Origin: Perna viridis
Lineage: Eukaryota
Assembly: GCA_037379345.1 (NCBI GenBank)
Contig: CM074522.1
Span: 5,890,001-5,954,000, forward strand
Direction: 5' to 3'
Length of the DNA: 64,000 nt
Made by a program: the position numbers and the translations under genes. The notes under the pieces were generated by a model that was given only the letters and a program-made list of their open reading frames with translations, did not search any database and was not told the DNA's origin. This document shows, in pieces, positions 25,601 through 40,600 of this stretch (within the stretch, counting starts at the first letter, position 1; each line of letters starts with the position of its first letter).

Positions 25601-28600
25601 TATAATTTCTGTTTCCTAGGTAATGACCCCCACAACCTTAAGGTCATGGATATGTTTACAAGTTTCAAGATTGGTAGATTGATTGCACCTCATTCAGCAC
25701 CTACATCAATAGAGGCTACACACGGTGACTGTGCCAAAAGGTGTGCTGATATGATCAAAACCAAGTGCATGAGCTTCAACTATGACTTCTTGAATGCAAC
25801 TTGTGAACTTTTAGAGGGCATTGAAGGTCACCATTACAAACTGGCTGAAGCTGGATTGTACCAGCATTATGAACGTCTTGGTATTGGCCATATAATCAGT
25901 TTTGATTATAATGATGTTAGTCTCATCCACAATAAGACACACTACTTTAACTTCCGTATTATCAACAGCTTGGGTTATGAGAGTATATTGTCATCTCAGG
26001 CCATAATGATGGACCTTACTCCTCCAACACCAGGTAAGTTGACCTTGAATCTTTGAACTCTGACTCCTGATTGATAATTTAACTTTGACATGATTCAGAG
26101 GACAAAAGCAGAAGAGTTACTGCTTGTAAAAAATGAAATGTATGACTTACTCAGGAAGAGTATAAACCAGATGTTTTCAGCACTTGGATCTACATAAAAA
26201 AATCCATACAACCAGTAGCATATATACTGAATATTACATGTCAAAAACTGTATCATATGATGTATCAAAACCAAACCCAAATTAAGGGCTAGCATCGTGA
26301 GATGTGATATTGGTTGAGGGTTGACATGATACAGATTTTGACTTGTAAAGTTCTTTATATCATATATTTCATGAGTGTTCTGATTAGGGGTAAAATAGGG
26401 CATGCTATATAGGCCTTTTGATATGCTGTAGGGTAAGCCATATAGGCCTTTTGATATGTTGTAGGGAAAGCCATATAGGCCTTTTGATATGTTATAGGGT
26501 AAGCTATATAGGCCCTTTGATATGCTGTAGAGTAAGCTATATAGGCCTTTTGATATGCTGTAGGGTAAGTCATATAGGCCTTTTGATATGCTGTACGGTA
26601 TGCCATATAGGCCTTTTGATATGCTGTAGGGTTAGCCATATAGGCCTTTTGATATGCTGTAGGGTAAGCTATATAGTCCTTTTGATATGCTGTAGGGTAT
26701 GCCATATAGGCCTTTTGATATGCTGTAGGGTAAGCCATATAGGCCTTTTGATATGCTGTAGGGTAAGCTATATAGGCCCTTTGATATGCTGTACGGTATG
26801 CCATATGGGCCCTTTGATATGCTGTAGGGTAAGCCATATAGGCCTTTTGATATGCTGTACGGTATGCCATATGGGCCCTTTGATATGCTGTAGGGTAAGC
26901 TATATAGGCCTTTTGATATGCTGTAGGGTAAGCTATATAGACCTTTTGATATGCTGTAGGGTAAGCTATATAGGCCTTTTGATATGCTGTAGGGTAAGCT
27001 ATATAGGCCTTTTGATATGCTGTACGGTATGCCATATAGGCCTTTTGATATGCTGTACGGTATGCCATATAGGCCTTTTGATATGCTGTAGGGTAAGCTA
27101 TATAGGCCTTTTGATATGCTGTAGGGTATGCCATATAGGCCTTTTGATATGCTGTACGGTATGCCGTATAGACCTTTTGATATGTTATAGGGTAAGCTAT
27201 ATAGGCCTTTTGATATGCTGTACGGTATGCCATATAGGCCTTTTGATATGTTATAGGGTAAGCCATATAGGCCTTTTGATATGCTGTAGGGTAAGCTATA
27301 TAGGCCTTTTGATATGCTGTACGGTATGCCATATAGGCCTTTTGATATGCTGTAGGGTAAGCTATATAGGCCTTTTGATATGCTGTAGGGTTAGCCATAT
27401 AGACCTTTTGATATGCTGTAGGGTAAGCTATATAGGCCTTTTGATATGCTGTACGGTATGCCATATAGGCCTTTTGATATGCTGTAGGGTAAGCTATATA
27501 GGCCTTTTGATATGCTGTACGGTATGCCATATAGACCTTTTGATATGCTGTAGGGTTAGCCATATAGACCTTTTGATATGCTGTACGGTATGCCATATAG
27601 ACCTTTTGATATGCTGTAGGGTTAGCCATATAGACCTTTTGATATGCTGTAGGGTAAGCTATATAGGCCCTTTGATATGCTGTAGGGTAAGCCATATAGA
27701 CCTTTTGATATGCTGTAGGGTAAGCCATATAGACCTTTTGATATGCTGTAGGGTATGCCATATAGGCCTTTTGATATGTTATAGGGTAAGCCATATAGAC
27801 CTTTTGATATGCTGTAGGGTAAGCCATATAGACCTTTTGATATGCTGTAGGGTATGCCATATAGGCCTTTTGATATGTTATAGGGTAAGCCATATAGGCC
27901 TATTGATATGCTGTAGGGTATGCCATATGGGCCCTTTGATATGCTGTAGGGTAAGCTATATAGGCCTTTTGATATGCTGTACGGTATGCCATATAGACCT
28001 TTTGATATGCTGTAGGATATGCCATATAGACCTTTTGATATGCTGTAGGGTATGCCATATAGGCCTTTTGATATGCTGTACGGTTTGCCATATAGACCTT
28101 TTCATATGCTGTAGGATATGCCATATAGACCTTTTGATATGCTGTAGGGTATGCCATATAGGCCTTTTGATATAGGGAGGTCAGTCAAAATATGAAGTAT
28201 ATAGAAAATGTACAAGTTTATATTAGTTTGAAAGAGCCCAAGAAATGTAACTTACTGGTGCAAAAATTTTTAAAATCGGTCAAGGGGTTCAAAAGTTATT
28301 ACAATTTAAAGTTCAAAATTTTGGTCATTTTTCTTGTGAAGGCAAAAATGTCACATTTTGGGCATTTCTGTGGCCCACATAAGTCAAACAGGTAAAGAAA
28401 TTCATACATTGTGTCTTAATCATTTAAATAAAGCCATTTCATACTTTGATTTATGCCATTCAGGAAACTTGTATCTTAGATACAAAGAAAATTACACTTT
28501 TTTAAAATTGGCAAAAAAACACTTTGGACTTAGTTTTTTTTTGCTATGTGTCAACAGCATCGTGAATTAAAGTGCCATTTTTGGATATTCATATTTGGAA

Positions 28601-31600
28601 ATTGGAAGGTAGTAGAAATCTGATACTTTGCTGTTCTTTCAAGAGTAATACATTAAACAGAAATAAATAAACAAATATTATGTCAAAACCTCTGATTTGT
28701 TTTTTATTGGAATCAGAAACACTGCGGCAGACCCCCTTTTTTTTAAATGCGTTTTTTCAACAAAATACCCTTTTGATATGCTGTAGGGTATGCTATATAG
28801 GCCCTTTGATATGCTGTAGGGTAAGCTATATAGGCCCTTTGATATGTTACAGGGTATGCCATATAGGCTTCAGGGTGTGATTAGGTATGTGATTTAGGCT
28901 TAGTGGTTTGTCATATAAAATAGAAAAGATATATGGTTTAAACAATCACTGATCATGCATATACAAAAAAGTATATTTTTTTCTAAATATGTGAAAAATA
29001 CATATACATGTTTTATGAAAGTCCGTTATTTTTTTTTTTTTTTTTTCATTATAGGACCTATTTATAATAACACTGTGGACTACTTGGAATTAGTGGATTG
29101 TGAAGAGCGCATAGTTCCTGCAGATAGACCCGATTTTAAAATCTGGTGTAGAGGAGAAAATCCTTCAGTTAAAAACCATAGGTAATATGTCATTTGGATT
29201 TATTCCTGACTTTCTGTTGCAATTTCCATGGATGCTACTTTTTTGTTGTAATATTTGTACTGATTATAAAATGCTGCACTTCCTGATACATGTTTTGACT
29301 AGGCACATTTTGGGAGTTTAATTTGTTTAATCTGGGATTGTCTGGGATCTCCCCTGGAGATTCAAAATGCCAGAACATAAAATTTCTATAAACACTCATG
29401 CCATTGTAACCAAAATGTATTTATGTACAAAAAATACTAGTTTTATATATTATAAAAATTTCGATATGCTGTACATGTGTTTCAAGGAGTAACCTCTCAT
29501 CAGGAAATAATAAATGTTTGAATGCATTGGTTTTCTATATGTTGTATTTCTTTTCTTTACAGAGTGATACATGATGGACCTGGTTCTCTGACCGTATTTA
29601 ATGGACCAGAGTTCATGACAGATATGATGTACACCAGGGCCAACAGATATGTCTCTAGTAAGAATAGCTCCTTATTTCAGGATTCTTTTTTTTTTCCACA
29701 TGCGATAGGGAAAGTACAAGGCTTGCTTTCCACGAACCAGTACAAACCAACTTTTGTCCAATTTTACTTCCATTGGTCTGGTTTGTCATCTGAGGAAAAT
29801 CACATGGTATGAACCAATAATGAAACACAAATCATTGGTTCAAATGGAATGAACCATATAATGGAAAACACCTGAGGTTAATGCTTAGGGCTATAGTTGT
29901 TGAGTTCTAATTCATAATAATTAATTTTCTTCTCTCCAAATGTAAAAATGAATTGCTTACAACGAAACTCCTTATAAAATATATAATTGTGATTCGATTT
30001 GGTTGTTCCTCATATGTTTTCAACATTGGATAAAGGTTTGATTTGACTAGGTGTTGCTGCTGTGAGTTATCAAGTTGAATATTTGATCTGTTGATATGGT
30101 TCAAAGCCATGTCAAACTTACTCATGTGGTCTAATATTCTAATCTTGAAACATGAGAGGTAACTGACAATAGTCATTGTATCCTAATTTATCAGTCAATC
30201 ATTAAAATTTTGATTATTGTAGGTAACTGGGATGGGTTTGCAGACAGGGAGAGTGGAATACTGGCCTACGCCATCATGATAGGAGAAGCTTACTGTGAAG
30301 ACAAGATTCATCCTCACTATGATCCACACAGCCATTTGTTTGATATGTCTCAATGGACTCATAGTGCTATGATAAGTCCTATACCTGTTGAAAATGAACA
30401 GTTGGAAGGTAAGTCGAAAAAGGAAGAAAAATGAGGTATCAGCAGCTAGAGGATGAAGTGAAAGGGGCCTACACTACCATGATCAGTTTGATAATTGTAC
30501 CAGAAGAACCAATTGATGGTAAATGTTGAAACACATTTGCCACCAAATTTGAGAATGTGCTAAGACTTTATCTTCTGAGATTGTTTTCCCTTTAGCATTT
30601 TAAAATAAACTTCAGTCGAACATAGGAAAGGGGTAGGTACTGATAGGGGTGTCCGTCCTTCTGTCCTTCCTTTCTTTCTTTACCCAGAGGGGGCCCATCC
30701 CTTATCCCTTACTCTTTCTACACCTCTGAATGGAATTCAATTAAACTTTAACAAATTTATCATTATTATTATTACTAAATATTCCCATTGTGCACAAAGT
30801 TTAACGAAACTTCCACAAAATCTTTATTAAATATTATAATTGTGTACATTCTATTTTAGATTTTGATCCAAATCAGTTCAAGGGTTTCACATAGCAAATC
30901 ATGGACTTTTCGTTTTGAATATGGAGATAGGGGGGATCCATTTCTTTTCTGTTACTCATCCCACTCTATCAAATAGAATTAAATGAATCGTTCACAAAAT
31001 TTTTACTGCATATTACCATTATGCACCTCTTGTTTAAGATTTTGATCCTAATCAACTTAGAGGTTAAAAGGTTGTACTGGGGTATTAATATTTTTTCTTC
31101 GTTTTTTTTTCTAGTTTATACCGTTTTTGGCCCTGATGTTTACAGAAAAATTTAGTTTACCCTTTAAAAAGACATTTGACTTATTTGTGTGAGAAAAAGA
31201 TGAAAAAAACACAGACACAAAGATTTACAACATTTATGGATCAAAATTATGTCACGAAGTATTGTTTCTGCTCAATATTCTATTATTTCTTATGAAACTG
31301 TTTGAAAAAATCATTTTCAGTGCTTTTAGTTAAGAAAACACGTATTTTTTTTCCTTTTCAGATGGAAAATACTTCATTACTGTCAGAGCTATCAACGAAG
31401 TGAAATATGGAGGTCCCTTATCTACCAGTGTGTGTCACACAACCCCTTATATCATTGACAATTCCCAGCCCTATATTTATGAATTGTACAATATCCAGTA
31501 TGACGAGTTCAAATACAATTTGACCTTCATTCACAACTCAACGTAAGGATAGGGTCAGGGCCTGGTTTCATAAGAATCTAAAATTGAGATTCTCCTCAGA

Positions 31601-34600
31601 TCTATGAATTTTTCCTCAAATCTTCATTTTCAAGCAACTTGATTGGTCAAAATTTGAGTTGAGGATGGATTTGAGGTAAATTTCAATTTGAGATTTTTTT
31701 TTATGAAAACCGGTCCAGATCAAGTTTTAGCAGATAGTCTATATATTTATTTTCATATCTATAGCCTTCCAACACTAAATTTTTATGTCAAATGATGTAT
31801 ATTGATTTTTTCATATCTCATAGCACTTCAAATGCATATAACTATATGAGAGTTTATTATTTTAAATTTTTGTTATTGAAAAGTTTTCATTTCATTTGGA
31901 GGATATGTGACAGAAATAGATTTATTTGATTTTTGGTTGGAGTATATGGAAAGTGATATAAATACAAGTACATGTTTTGTTTTAGGAAGGAAATTTTGAT
32001 GAATGATACATAACTGAAGTGTTTTGGATGGGTCATCATTTCTGAAATTGAGATTAATATATACTGCTCTATTATAGGGATCCTGATTCAGATGTTCAAT
32101 ACAATGATGTCTGTCTTGGTCTAACGACAAGAGATTGTTACGAGAAAGACTGGGAAAGATTTGACTACAATCCTAATGTTATGATGACAGCATCAATTAC
32201 CCCTGGTATACCTGTCTGGGTCAAACTCAAAGCTATCAATCATGGTAAGTTTGATGTCAGTCTGTCTGTCTGTCTACTGGGTTTGATAAGTTGTAATGTC
32301 TTCATGGCTGAATCAATCACCCCTGTTTTCTGGTCTGAAAAATAGAAAGAATGTAAAATTATTAACCAACTATTAAATGAAATTTATTTTCAGTTGACCT
32401 GAGGACTATTAAGCCAGCAGACAGACCTATCATTGTAGACCCTACCCCACCAGTGGCTGGACACGTTTATGATGGACAAAGCTTTGGAGTAGATTTGTCT
32501 TACACCAAAGACCCTGATCAGGTCAGTTTTGTTTATTTGATAATTGGGTTTAAATATGTTAAGTAGCACTCCAGCTAAGATTCATGCAAAATGTGATTCA
32601 TGGGTTAAAAGCCTACATATTTTTATTTTTAATATTTTGTTTGAATTGCCATAGTAAACAGGAATAAACATTCAATTTTTCATATAACCTGTGTTCTTAG
32701 GAGATAAAAATTATATAGAATGCACTGTAGATTTCAAAATTAAGGGAGATAACTCTGTAAATAACAATCAAATACAATATAATCTATTGGATTTTCAATG
32801 TTGATTATCTCCTAAGAGCAGACAGATTTGAATGAATAATTACACATTTCATAGTATTGACCCATAAAACAACTGAATTACAAAAATAAAAATATGTAGC
32901 CTTTTTTGGGGTGTATCACATTTTTCAGATTTTGCATGATTCTTAAAAAGACAGCTACTTAAGATTTTGAAGGAGGTTGGCTAGAATCTATGTGTTTATA
33001 TAGTCTTAGTTCTGTTTGTTATAAAAAAAAAAAATCAATGTAGAAAAATACTAAAATATATTAACTGTCAATATTATTTTGGGGGAAAAATAAAAATAGT
33101 TATAGAAAGAAGCTCTGTAAAAGGAAGTATGGGCCTCTTAGTAACGGAAGAGTGATAACTCCACTGAGAATGAAGAGTTTTGGATCAATGATTGAGGAAG
33201 GGCAAAACAGAAATTTAAAAAAAAAAACATTTACTGGATTATAAAAGAGTAACTTATGTCATATTCTTGATTTTCAGATCTGCTTGAACTGGAAGGATTT
33301 CTTTGACCCTGAGTCTGGCATCTCTTTCTACATGGTCAGTATTGGTTCTGAGCCACTCGAAAATGTAACAGATGTTGCTAACCTTACTCAGTACAACAGG
33401 AAGAGTCATGAGGCCTGCGTCCTTCTCCAACCAGAATCGTACTTAGAACACGGCAAGAAATACTATGCCACTGTATGGGCTTACAATGGTGCTGCAAGAC
33501 AGCTCAATATTTCTTCAATGTCTGATGGAGGTATGCTGCTTAATTCCCCCTATTATCAGCCAGTGGTGAAAACTCATCATTTATCTTGAGCAACTTATGG
33601 TGTAGATAAATTGAATTTGTATTTCTTATTTTCAATTTTTTTGCAGTTTCATAGTAACTGTGAAATTTTACAAAAATTAGCTTGTGGCAAAAATTACCAG
33701 GTATACATTTGTATGTTAAGATTTATTGATATTCCTTTCATTTACATGGAATAATTTGTTATTCTATCATTTGTAGTTCTTGTTGGCTTTGATTATGTTA
33801 TCTGATGAAAATAATTTCCCTCTTTCAGTGCTGGTTGATTTGACAGAACCAGTCGCTGGAGAAGTTGTTGATGGTCTATTGGACAGTTTTGAAGACTTAG
33901 AGTTTACATCCAGTCAGGCCAAAGTAGAAGCTCAATGGCGGGGTTATTATGATCCTGAATCTCTGATCAAACAGTATGATGTACAGGTCTCAAGTGCCAA
34001 GTAAGATTTTTAGTAGTAGAGGGATGTTTGTTTCCCAGTTCAGGCCTGGTTTTCAAAAGTCGTTATTTTCATGATTTTAGAGTTCCTCTAATCGTCAAAT
34101 TCAAGTTATCTGATTGGTTAAAATGTAAGGCTATTATATGAAATTGGCCAAGGCCTCCCTTGTTTAGGGCATGTAATTTTAAGAAGCTTGCTTTTTTGAC
34201 AAAAAAAAATTTTATTTTCTTGAACCTTGTCTGTTGCATAATTTTAAGTCTAGTGCTATCTTTTTTAACCAGATTGCATCTTTCTGTGACATAAGAAGTA
34301 TTTGCAATACCAGAAGTGAAATGAAGGAACATCTGTGGACAAAACAATGGTGGGAACACCAAAACAGATGGAATACATTTTGCACAGCACTAAAAATTAC
34401 ACAAAATAAGACGCAGCTGTTGAATAACAACTAGCACAACACTAAAAAATTAACAAATACACTCGAAAAGACACAACATAGTTGTACAACACTGAAAAAG
34501 ACACAAAAACTGCAGCACAAACATATCTAGTAAGTCCCTCTTAATTCTGAAGCTATTTATGTAAAGATAATCTTTTTGGAAGAAATGGTATTAGAATAAA

Positions 34601-37600
34601 ACCTTGTTGAAGTTTTGTGGATGGATCTATGGAATATAATTATTATATTTTATCACTGGTAATGAAATTTTGTCTGGATTTCAGGAATATGTCTAATGAG
34701 TTCTCTGTCATCAGACCATATGTGACATTCGGTAATGAATCCATTAGTGCCAGGTGGCTAAACTTTCATTTGGAACACAGAGACAGAATTAAGATACAGC
34801 TTAAGACCACAAACGGAGCTCTCAATTCTATTGTTAATGAGACAGACACTTACGTTGTTGACCTGACTCCTCCAGCACTACAGTACCTTGGTGATGGGCT
34901 GACACAGGAACAGGACATTGATTTCCAGGTAAGTCAGACAAAACTACAGGTGTCAATTTCACATAAAGTTTTAAATGTAAAGTAATGACATCACAACAGA
35001 AAATAGCATTATGACATCATGACTTATGATCAATTTTACACTTATGACTTTTTGTGAAAATGACTGTAGTGTCTGATGTATCATTGTGTCCAAATTTCAG
35101 GACGAATTTTTCTTATGTTGATAGGTTTCTTTATAAGACTACGGAGTCTTATTGCTATGATACAGTTTCTGGGAAAAGATATTTGGAAATCTTATGAAGT
35201 GAGGCTTTTTCCAAATTACAGATAAAATTTTTTGGAAGATTAAGATACAATAACTTAAATAGTTTGATATTTCAAGTGGAATTTTATCTTATAGTCATTA
35301 GTATCCCATTGAAAAATTCTTACAGGTAAATCCCCACAAATGTTTGTATGGTATGATTCTGTTATTTTGCTTTTGTAGTCTGATTCCACCTCACTGTCAA
35401 CAAACTTTAAGTTTGTTGATGAAGAATCTGGAGTTGATCACTTCAAGGTTCAGATCTACGAGAAATTTCAGGGAACCAGGAGACAGATTATTCCAGGTTA
35501 GTCTTCCATTATATTTTTTGTTATTTTATGGTGGATTGAAAGTTGGTAAAGCTTACTAGTAAAAGGTGTCTCTTACCTGTAAACACTATACAGTGGAACA
35601 GTGAAAATAAGCACCAGCAAAAATGTTTATTCTGTTGAATGTAGGGATATGTTACTATATATAGAAATAAAGGTTTTGGATACATGAAATTACTAAAATT
35701 ATTTTTTTATTTTTCCTTGCATTTTGAAAACAAACTTTTCAGTATTAACTTAGGAGTTATTAACACCACCCATATTTGGTATTGTTTCCATAGCAATCAA
35801 TGGAGAATGGCTGGATCTACTAAACAACCCTACTAGAACATCTTACACCCACACAGGCCTATCTCTAAACGTAGGCGCTAGATACAGTGTCAGGGTGGGT
35901 TCCATCAACAAAGCAGGATTTGTTGCAGCATTTGAAACTGATGGTATTATTGTAGACACAACAGAGCCAATGGTAAGTGGATCACATTAAAATTTGCATT
36001 AGGTTTTTTTCCCTGACTTTATGAAAAATAATGATTGTTTAGTTCTCTCCTCTTTGAAAGAACATGTCCATTGTAAGTGGATGATCTCAGAACCCTACCA
36101 TAAATGTGTAGCAGACATTGCCTATATAAACGGGGACTTCCTGAATTCTCATTTTTTGCTTGTAAGAAGCTACAGCTATAAGTATGTAGCTTTTTTAGTT
36201 TTATCAGTTCATAATTTGTACAAATTGTGGAAATAATACAGTTCTCCAAGAATGGCAGGTATATTTTACACATAACCTGTTATATAAACAAATGCACATC
36301 AAACTGGATGCAACCAACTGCTTTGAAGCCGAAAAAAATAAAGGAATGCATTGAAAGCAGTACATATTTTCAGTGAAAACAGTTAATGCTAATGTGTCCT
36401 GGTAATTTCAGGTGATGTGGATGAAGGTTGGAACTCTAGCTGATGGTGTTGAAGAGAAAGTTGAAGGCTATGTTTGGCAAGCAGACTCAAAGAATATAAA
36501 GGCTGCTTGGTTTGCTACTGATCCTGAATCTGGAATAATAGGGTACCAGGTAGCTGTTGGAACAACCCCAGGTGAGAAAGAAAAATGGACATGAAGTCAT
36601 ACGTTGTGCGTCGCACACAGTAAAGAATTATGAATGGAATGTTTTTTAACTTAAATGATCATTTCTGAGGTGAAATTTTCCAGTTTTATGAAAATAAAGA
36701 ATGTAAATGTATTAGTGCTGTAAAATGTTTTATCAAGTAAACAACTTCTTATATAGTATTTGTAGTGTTTGAAATGTATAATGTGTATTGAGAAATTATT
36801 GTGATGTTAATATTCTAAGCAAAAATTAAGGCAGTATAATTGGAATAAGAAAAGCCTGCCTTCTGGAATTGTTAGCATTAAAAGTGTGGATTGCAAATTA
36901 AAATTAAAATCAAATTTTAGTGTAAAATTATGAATTAATATTGATAAACTTGTGCATTAAGTGTTTAAAAGTCTTTTGATTTAATTTGAACCTGCAGATT
37001 ACTACCATATGTCTATCCAACATATTTGTGAAAATCTTAATAAGTTGCAAATACTTATTGAATATTTATAGGTGGAACTGATGTCCTGGCATGGCGAGAC
37101 AATGGTGCAGAAGCTGATGTTTTGATTACTGGTCTCAATCTAGAAATAACTAATCTGACAAGTAAAATACCTGTATATTATGTCAGTATGAAGGCAAGAA
37201 ATGGAGCCAACCTTCTCAGTAGTGAAGTTACTTCTACTCCAATAGTTGTAGTGGAGGAAGACAAAGCAGGTAGGTTTTGGCATTGTCTGTTGATCAATGG
37301 TTTCACATTTTGTGGTCTACTATTCAATGGTTTCACATTTTGTGGTCAGTGAATGAGTGGTTTCTTATTTTGTAGTCATTGAAAGATCTGGGTAACAATT
37401 CAAATAACATTTGGTATTTAGTGATTTATTTGGAATCACATTTTGTGGTATGTCAATGAGTTGTATCAAATTATGTTGTTTTTACATTTAGTTGTCTGGG
37501 AATGAATGGTTTCACATTTAGTTGTCTGTGATTGGTTTCACATTCAGTTGACTGTGAATGAATGGTTTCACATTTAATTGTCTGTGAATGGTTTCACATT

Positions 37601-40600
37601 TAAAATGTTCATGAATAAGTTGGTTACCATTGTAAATGTTTATAATAACAATTAAGGGCTTCATCATACTCACTTAAGATTTGCGAGGTTCACTCTGAAG
37701 AATCTTAAAAAAATATCAAATAGTAGCTTTTTTATTTAAAGGTAAAAGTATAGACAGTAATTCTTTGAATATCATTCACTTGTTGAAACAACATCTTAGT
37801 GCTCACATGTCTTGGCTACTGAAATGAAAGATGAGAGTGTTGTGTTACAATCTGAGAAATATAACCATTTTACATGTTCTAGGTCTAGTTGTGGACGGAG
37901 CTGATGGTACAGATATTCAAGATAACCCAGATATGGGTGTTGACATTGACTTCACCTCAGATACAACTACTGTCACTGTACAGTTTGAAGGGTTTGAAAG
38001 CCACTTGCATGGTGTAATGAGTTATGAATGGGCTGTAGGGACAACACCTGGTGGTGAAGATGTTCAACCATTCATGAGTGAGGGAATTATACACACAGAA
38101 GAAGACAATGTTGCTGGAGATGGTAATGTTTTATCTTTTTTTCAAAGGAAAGAACTATTGTTCTTTTTAGAATGTTGGTTCCTGTAAGTAGCTGTCCTTC
38201 TAAGAATCATGCAGGGAATAATGTATTGGTCAAAAGATTGCATATTTTTGTTTTGATGTTGGAATACTTCAAAATATGGCAATTCATCAAAGGTTTCATA
38301 CAATGTTCTGAAGAATTTTATAAATTGAAGAAAATTACAAAGTTCAAGATATGATAGATATGCATCACACTAAAAGCTATAGATTGTAAGAAATTTAAGT
38401 AAACAGATCTATTGTTATGTCATAACCTTCATACTTCAAGTTATAAGTAAACAGATCTATTGTTATGTCATAACCTTCATACTTCAAGTTATAAGTAAAC
38501 AGATCTATTGTTATGTCATAACCTTCATACTTCAAGTTATAAGTAAACAGATCTATTGTTATGTCATAACCTTCATACTTCAAGTTATAAGTAAACAGAT
38601 CTATTGTTATGTCATAACCTTCATACTTCAAGTTATATTTTGCTTTTGATTTCTGGATATAATTATTAAACATTATTCCAATAGGTGTCACCAGTTCAGG
38701 CCATGCCCATGCTACACTGCCACTGAAGGCAGAGACGATGTACTATGTAGCTGTCCGTGGTATTACTAATGGTGGTAATGTTGTACAATCATCATCAGAT
38801 GGATTCACAGTAGATGTCTCACCACCTGAAGTCACTATTGACAGGTATGGTTGATTTAGTAATAGAAAATTTACCTGCAGTCACTATTGACAGGTATGGT
38901 TGATTTAGTAATAGAAAGTTTACCTGAAGTCACCATTGACAGGTATGGTTGATTTAGTAATAGAAAGTTTACCTGAAGTCACCATTGACAGGTATGGTTG
39001 ATTTAGTAATAGAAAGTTTACCTGAAGTCACTATTGACAGGTATGGTTGATTTAGTAATAGAAAGTTTTGTTGGTAAATATACATTTGGACCACAATCCA
39101 ACAAAATAAAAATCAAACATTAAAAGAACGATAAATGGACTTTATTACAGTTACTTGATTATTTCTTTGTGATGTTTTGATTTGATACCTATTTCCCTTC
39201 ACCACAGATTGACAGATAAAACATCATCAGACCAGAAGATAACAAGTGGCCATTCTCTGTATCAGACAACGACTGACTCACTCACAGCTCAATGGACATA
39301 CAACGATACAGAGAGTGATATTGAACGTGGATGGTATGCTGTCGGAACTTACCCATTTGCAGAGGACATTGCCCCAATTACAGAAGTGGAAATATCTTCT
39401 ATGGATTTCAGTACTTTACCTCTGGCTACTGTCACTGCTATTGATACTGGTAAAACTTTGTTTTGTTCTTTCTTGAAAGCTTTTTGGTTGATGTTATTTT
39501 ATATTGAGTCACCATGTGATCTATCATAACCAATCAGAAAATAAGAAAATTGTCCGAGGGTAACAGTGATTATTTGGGCATATTGATTTTGATCTGTGTA
39601 TCTCAGTTGTCTGCTTGATCGATGGAAGCGTACTTGTTGTTGAGGATGGCTCTGATAAAAACCCTTAGTTTTGGCAAGATTGTATTCATGGAAAATGACT
39701 TATAGAATGATGATTGTCAAGTCTGTTGGGAAAATATTTTCTTGACATATTTTCTCTGCAAATATAAATCGCAGCCACTTGGTGTGCAACTTCAGGATTG
39801 AATCTTGTATTGAAAGGTACGATTTCAGGTCTGTTGCACTTCTACTTCCTGTTTACCGAGTTAATGTATTTTGCAGCAACCCAGCCCTTTCTGTCTTTGA
39901 CCTATTATTTTCTTAACGAATTACTGATTGTCAGAGTATGATATTTGTATGTTCTGATTTCTTTCACAGGCAAGCCCAACATTGTTAGTATCTGGGCAGA
40001 GAACAAAGCAGGACTGGTATCAGAAGTTGCAGCAGGATCAGTTATCATTGACAAATCACCACCAGAGGAAGGCTTTGTCACATGTCCTGATTATGTGGGG
40101 GTAATTTTTTTTTCTATAGGGAAAGGTTGAAAAAGTCATTAATCTATAAATTTTAGATATCATCCAGTAGAGGTTTCAATTGAGTTACCACAGAAACTAA
40201 GGTTTACTCTTTTAGCTTGATGTCATAATGAATGGGATAAAGTACAAGTTTTTCAAGTGTGTATTGAAGATTTGTGTGGGAATTCCTGGGGATGAAATGT
40301 TGGCAATCAGCACATGAAAGAGCAGTATGCACACAGGGATTGGTCCTGCATTTTTATAAACAGAAGCTACTGGACCAACTTAATGTTTGTATTTTTGCCT
40401 TAAAAATAGAAAAGTATTGTTGAACAGAAAGCTGTTTGTCCTGCATGTCAAACCTAAAATTACCTTAGTATACACATAACCACAGAAATGTTGGTTGATA
40501 TATCAACATATTTCTTTTGTTAGATGAATGCTCCAATTGAATGTAGCTGGACTGGTTTCCTTGACAAACAGAGTCCTATAAAGAAGTACCAAATCTTTAT

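Noticed and set aside
26418-28175. 585-aa Cys-rich ORF as a metallothionein/keratin-associated-like gene or as an exon of the main gene
   Set aside because: It is simply the translation of a 33-bp (multiple of 3) minisatellite, and exons 34 and 35 already join in phase without it.
38395-38691. Repetitive minus-strand ORF (YNLKYEGYDITIDLFT)n, and a possible CRISPR-like array
   Set aside because: Head-to-tail 48-bp perfect repeats with no unique spacers, in a eukaryotic intron; the ORF is a by-product.
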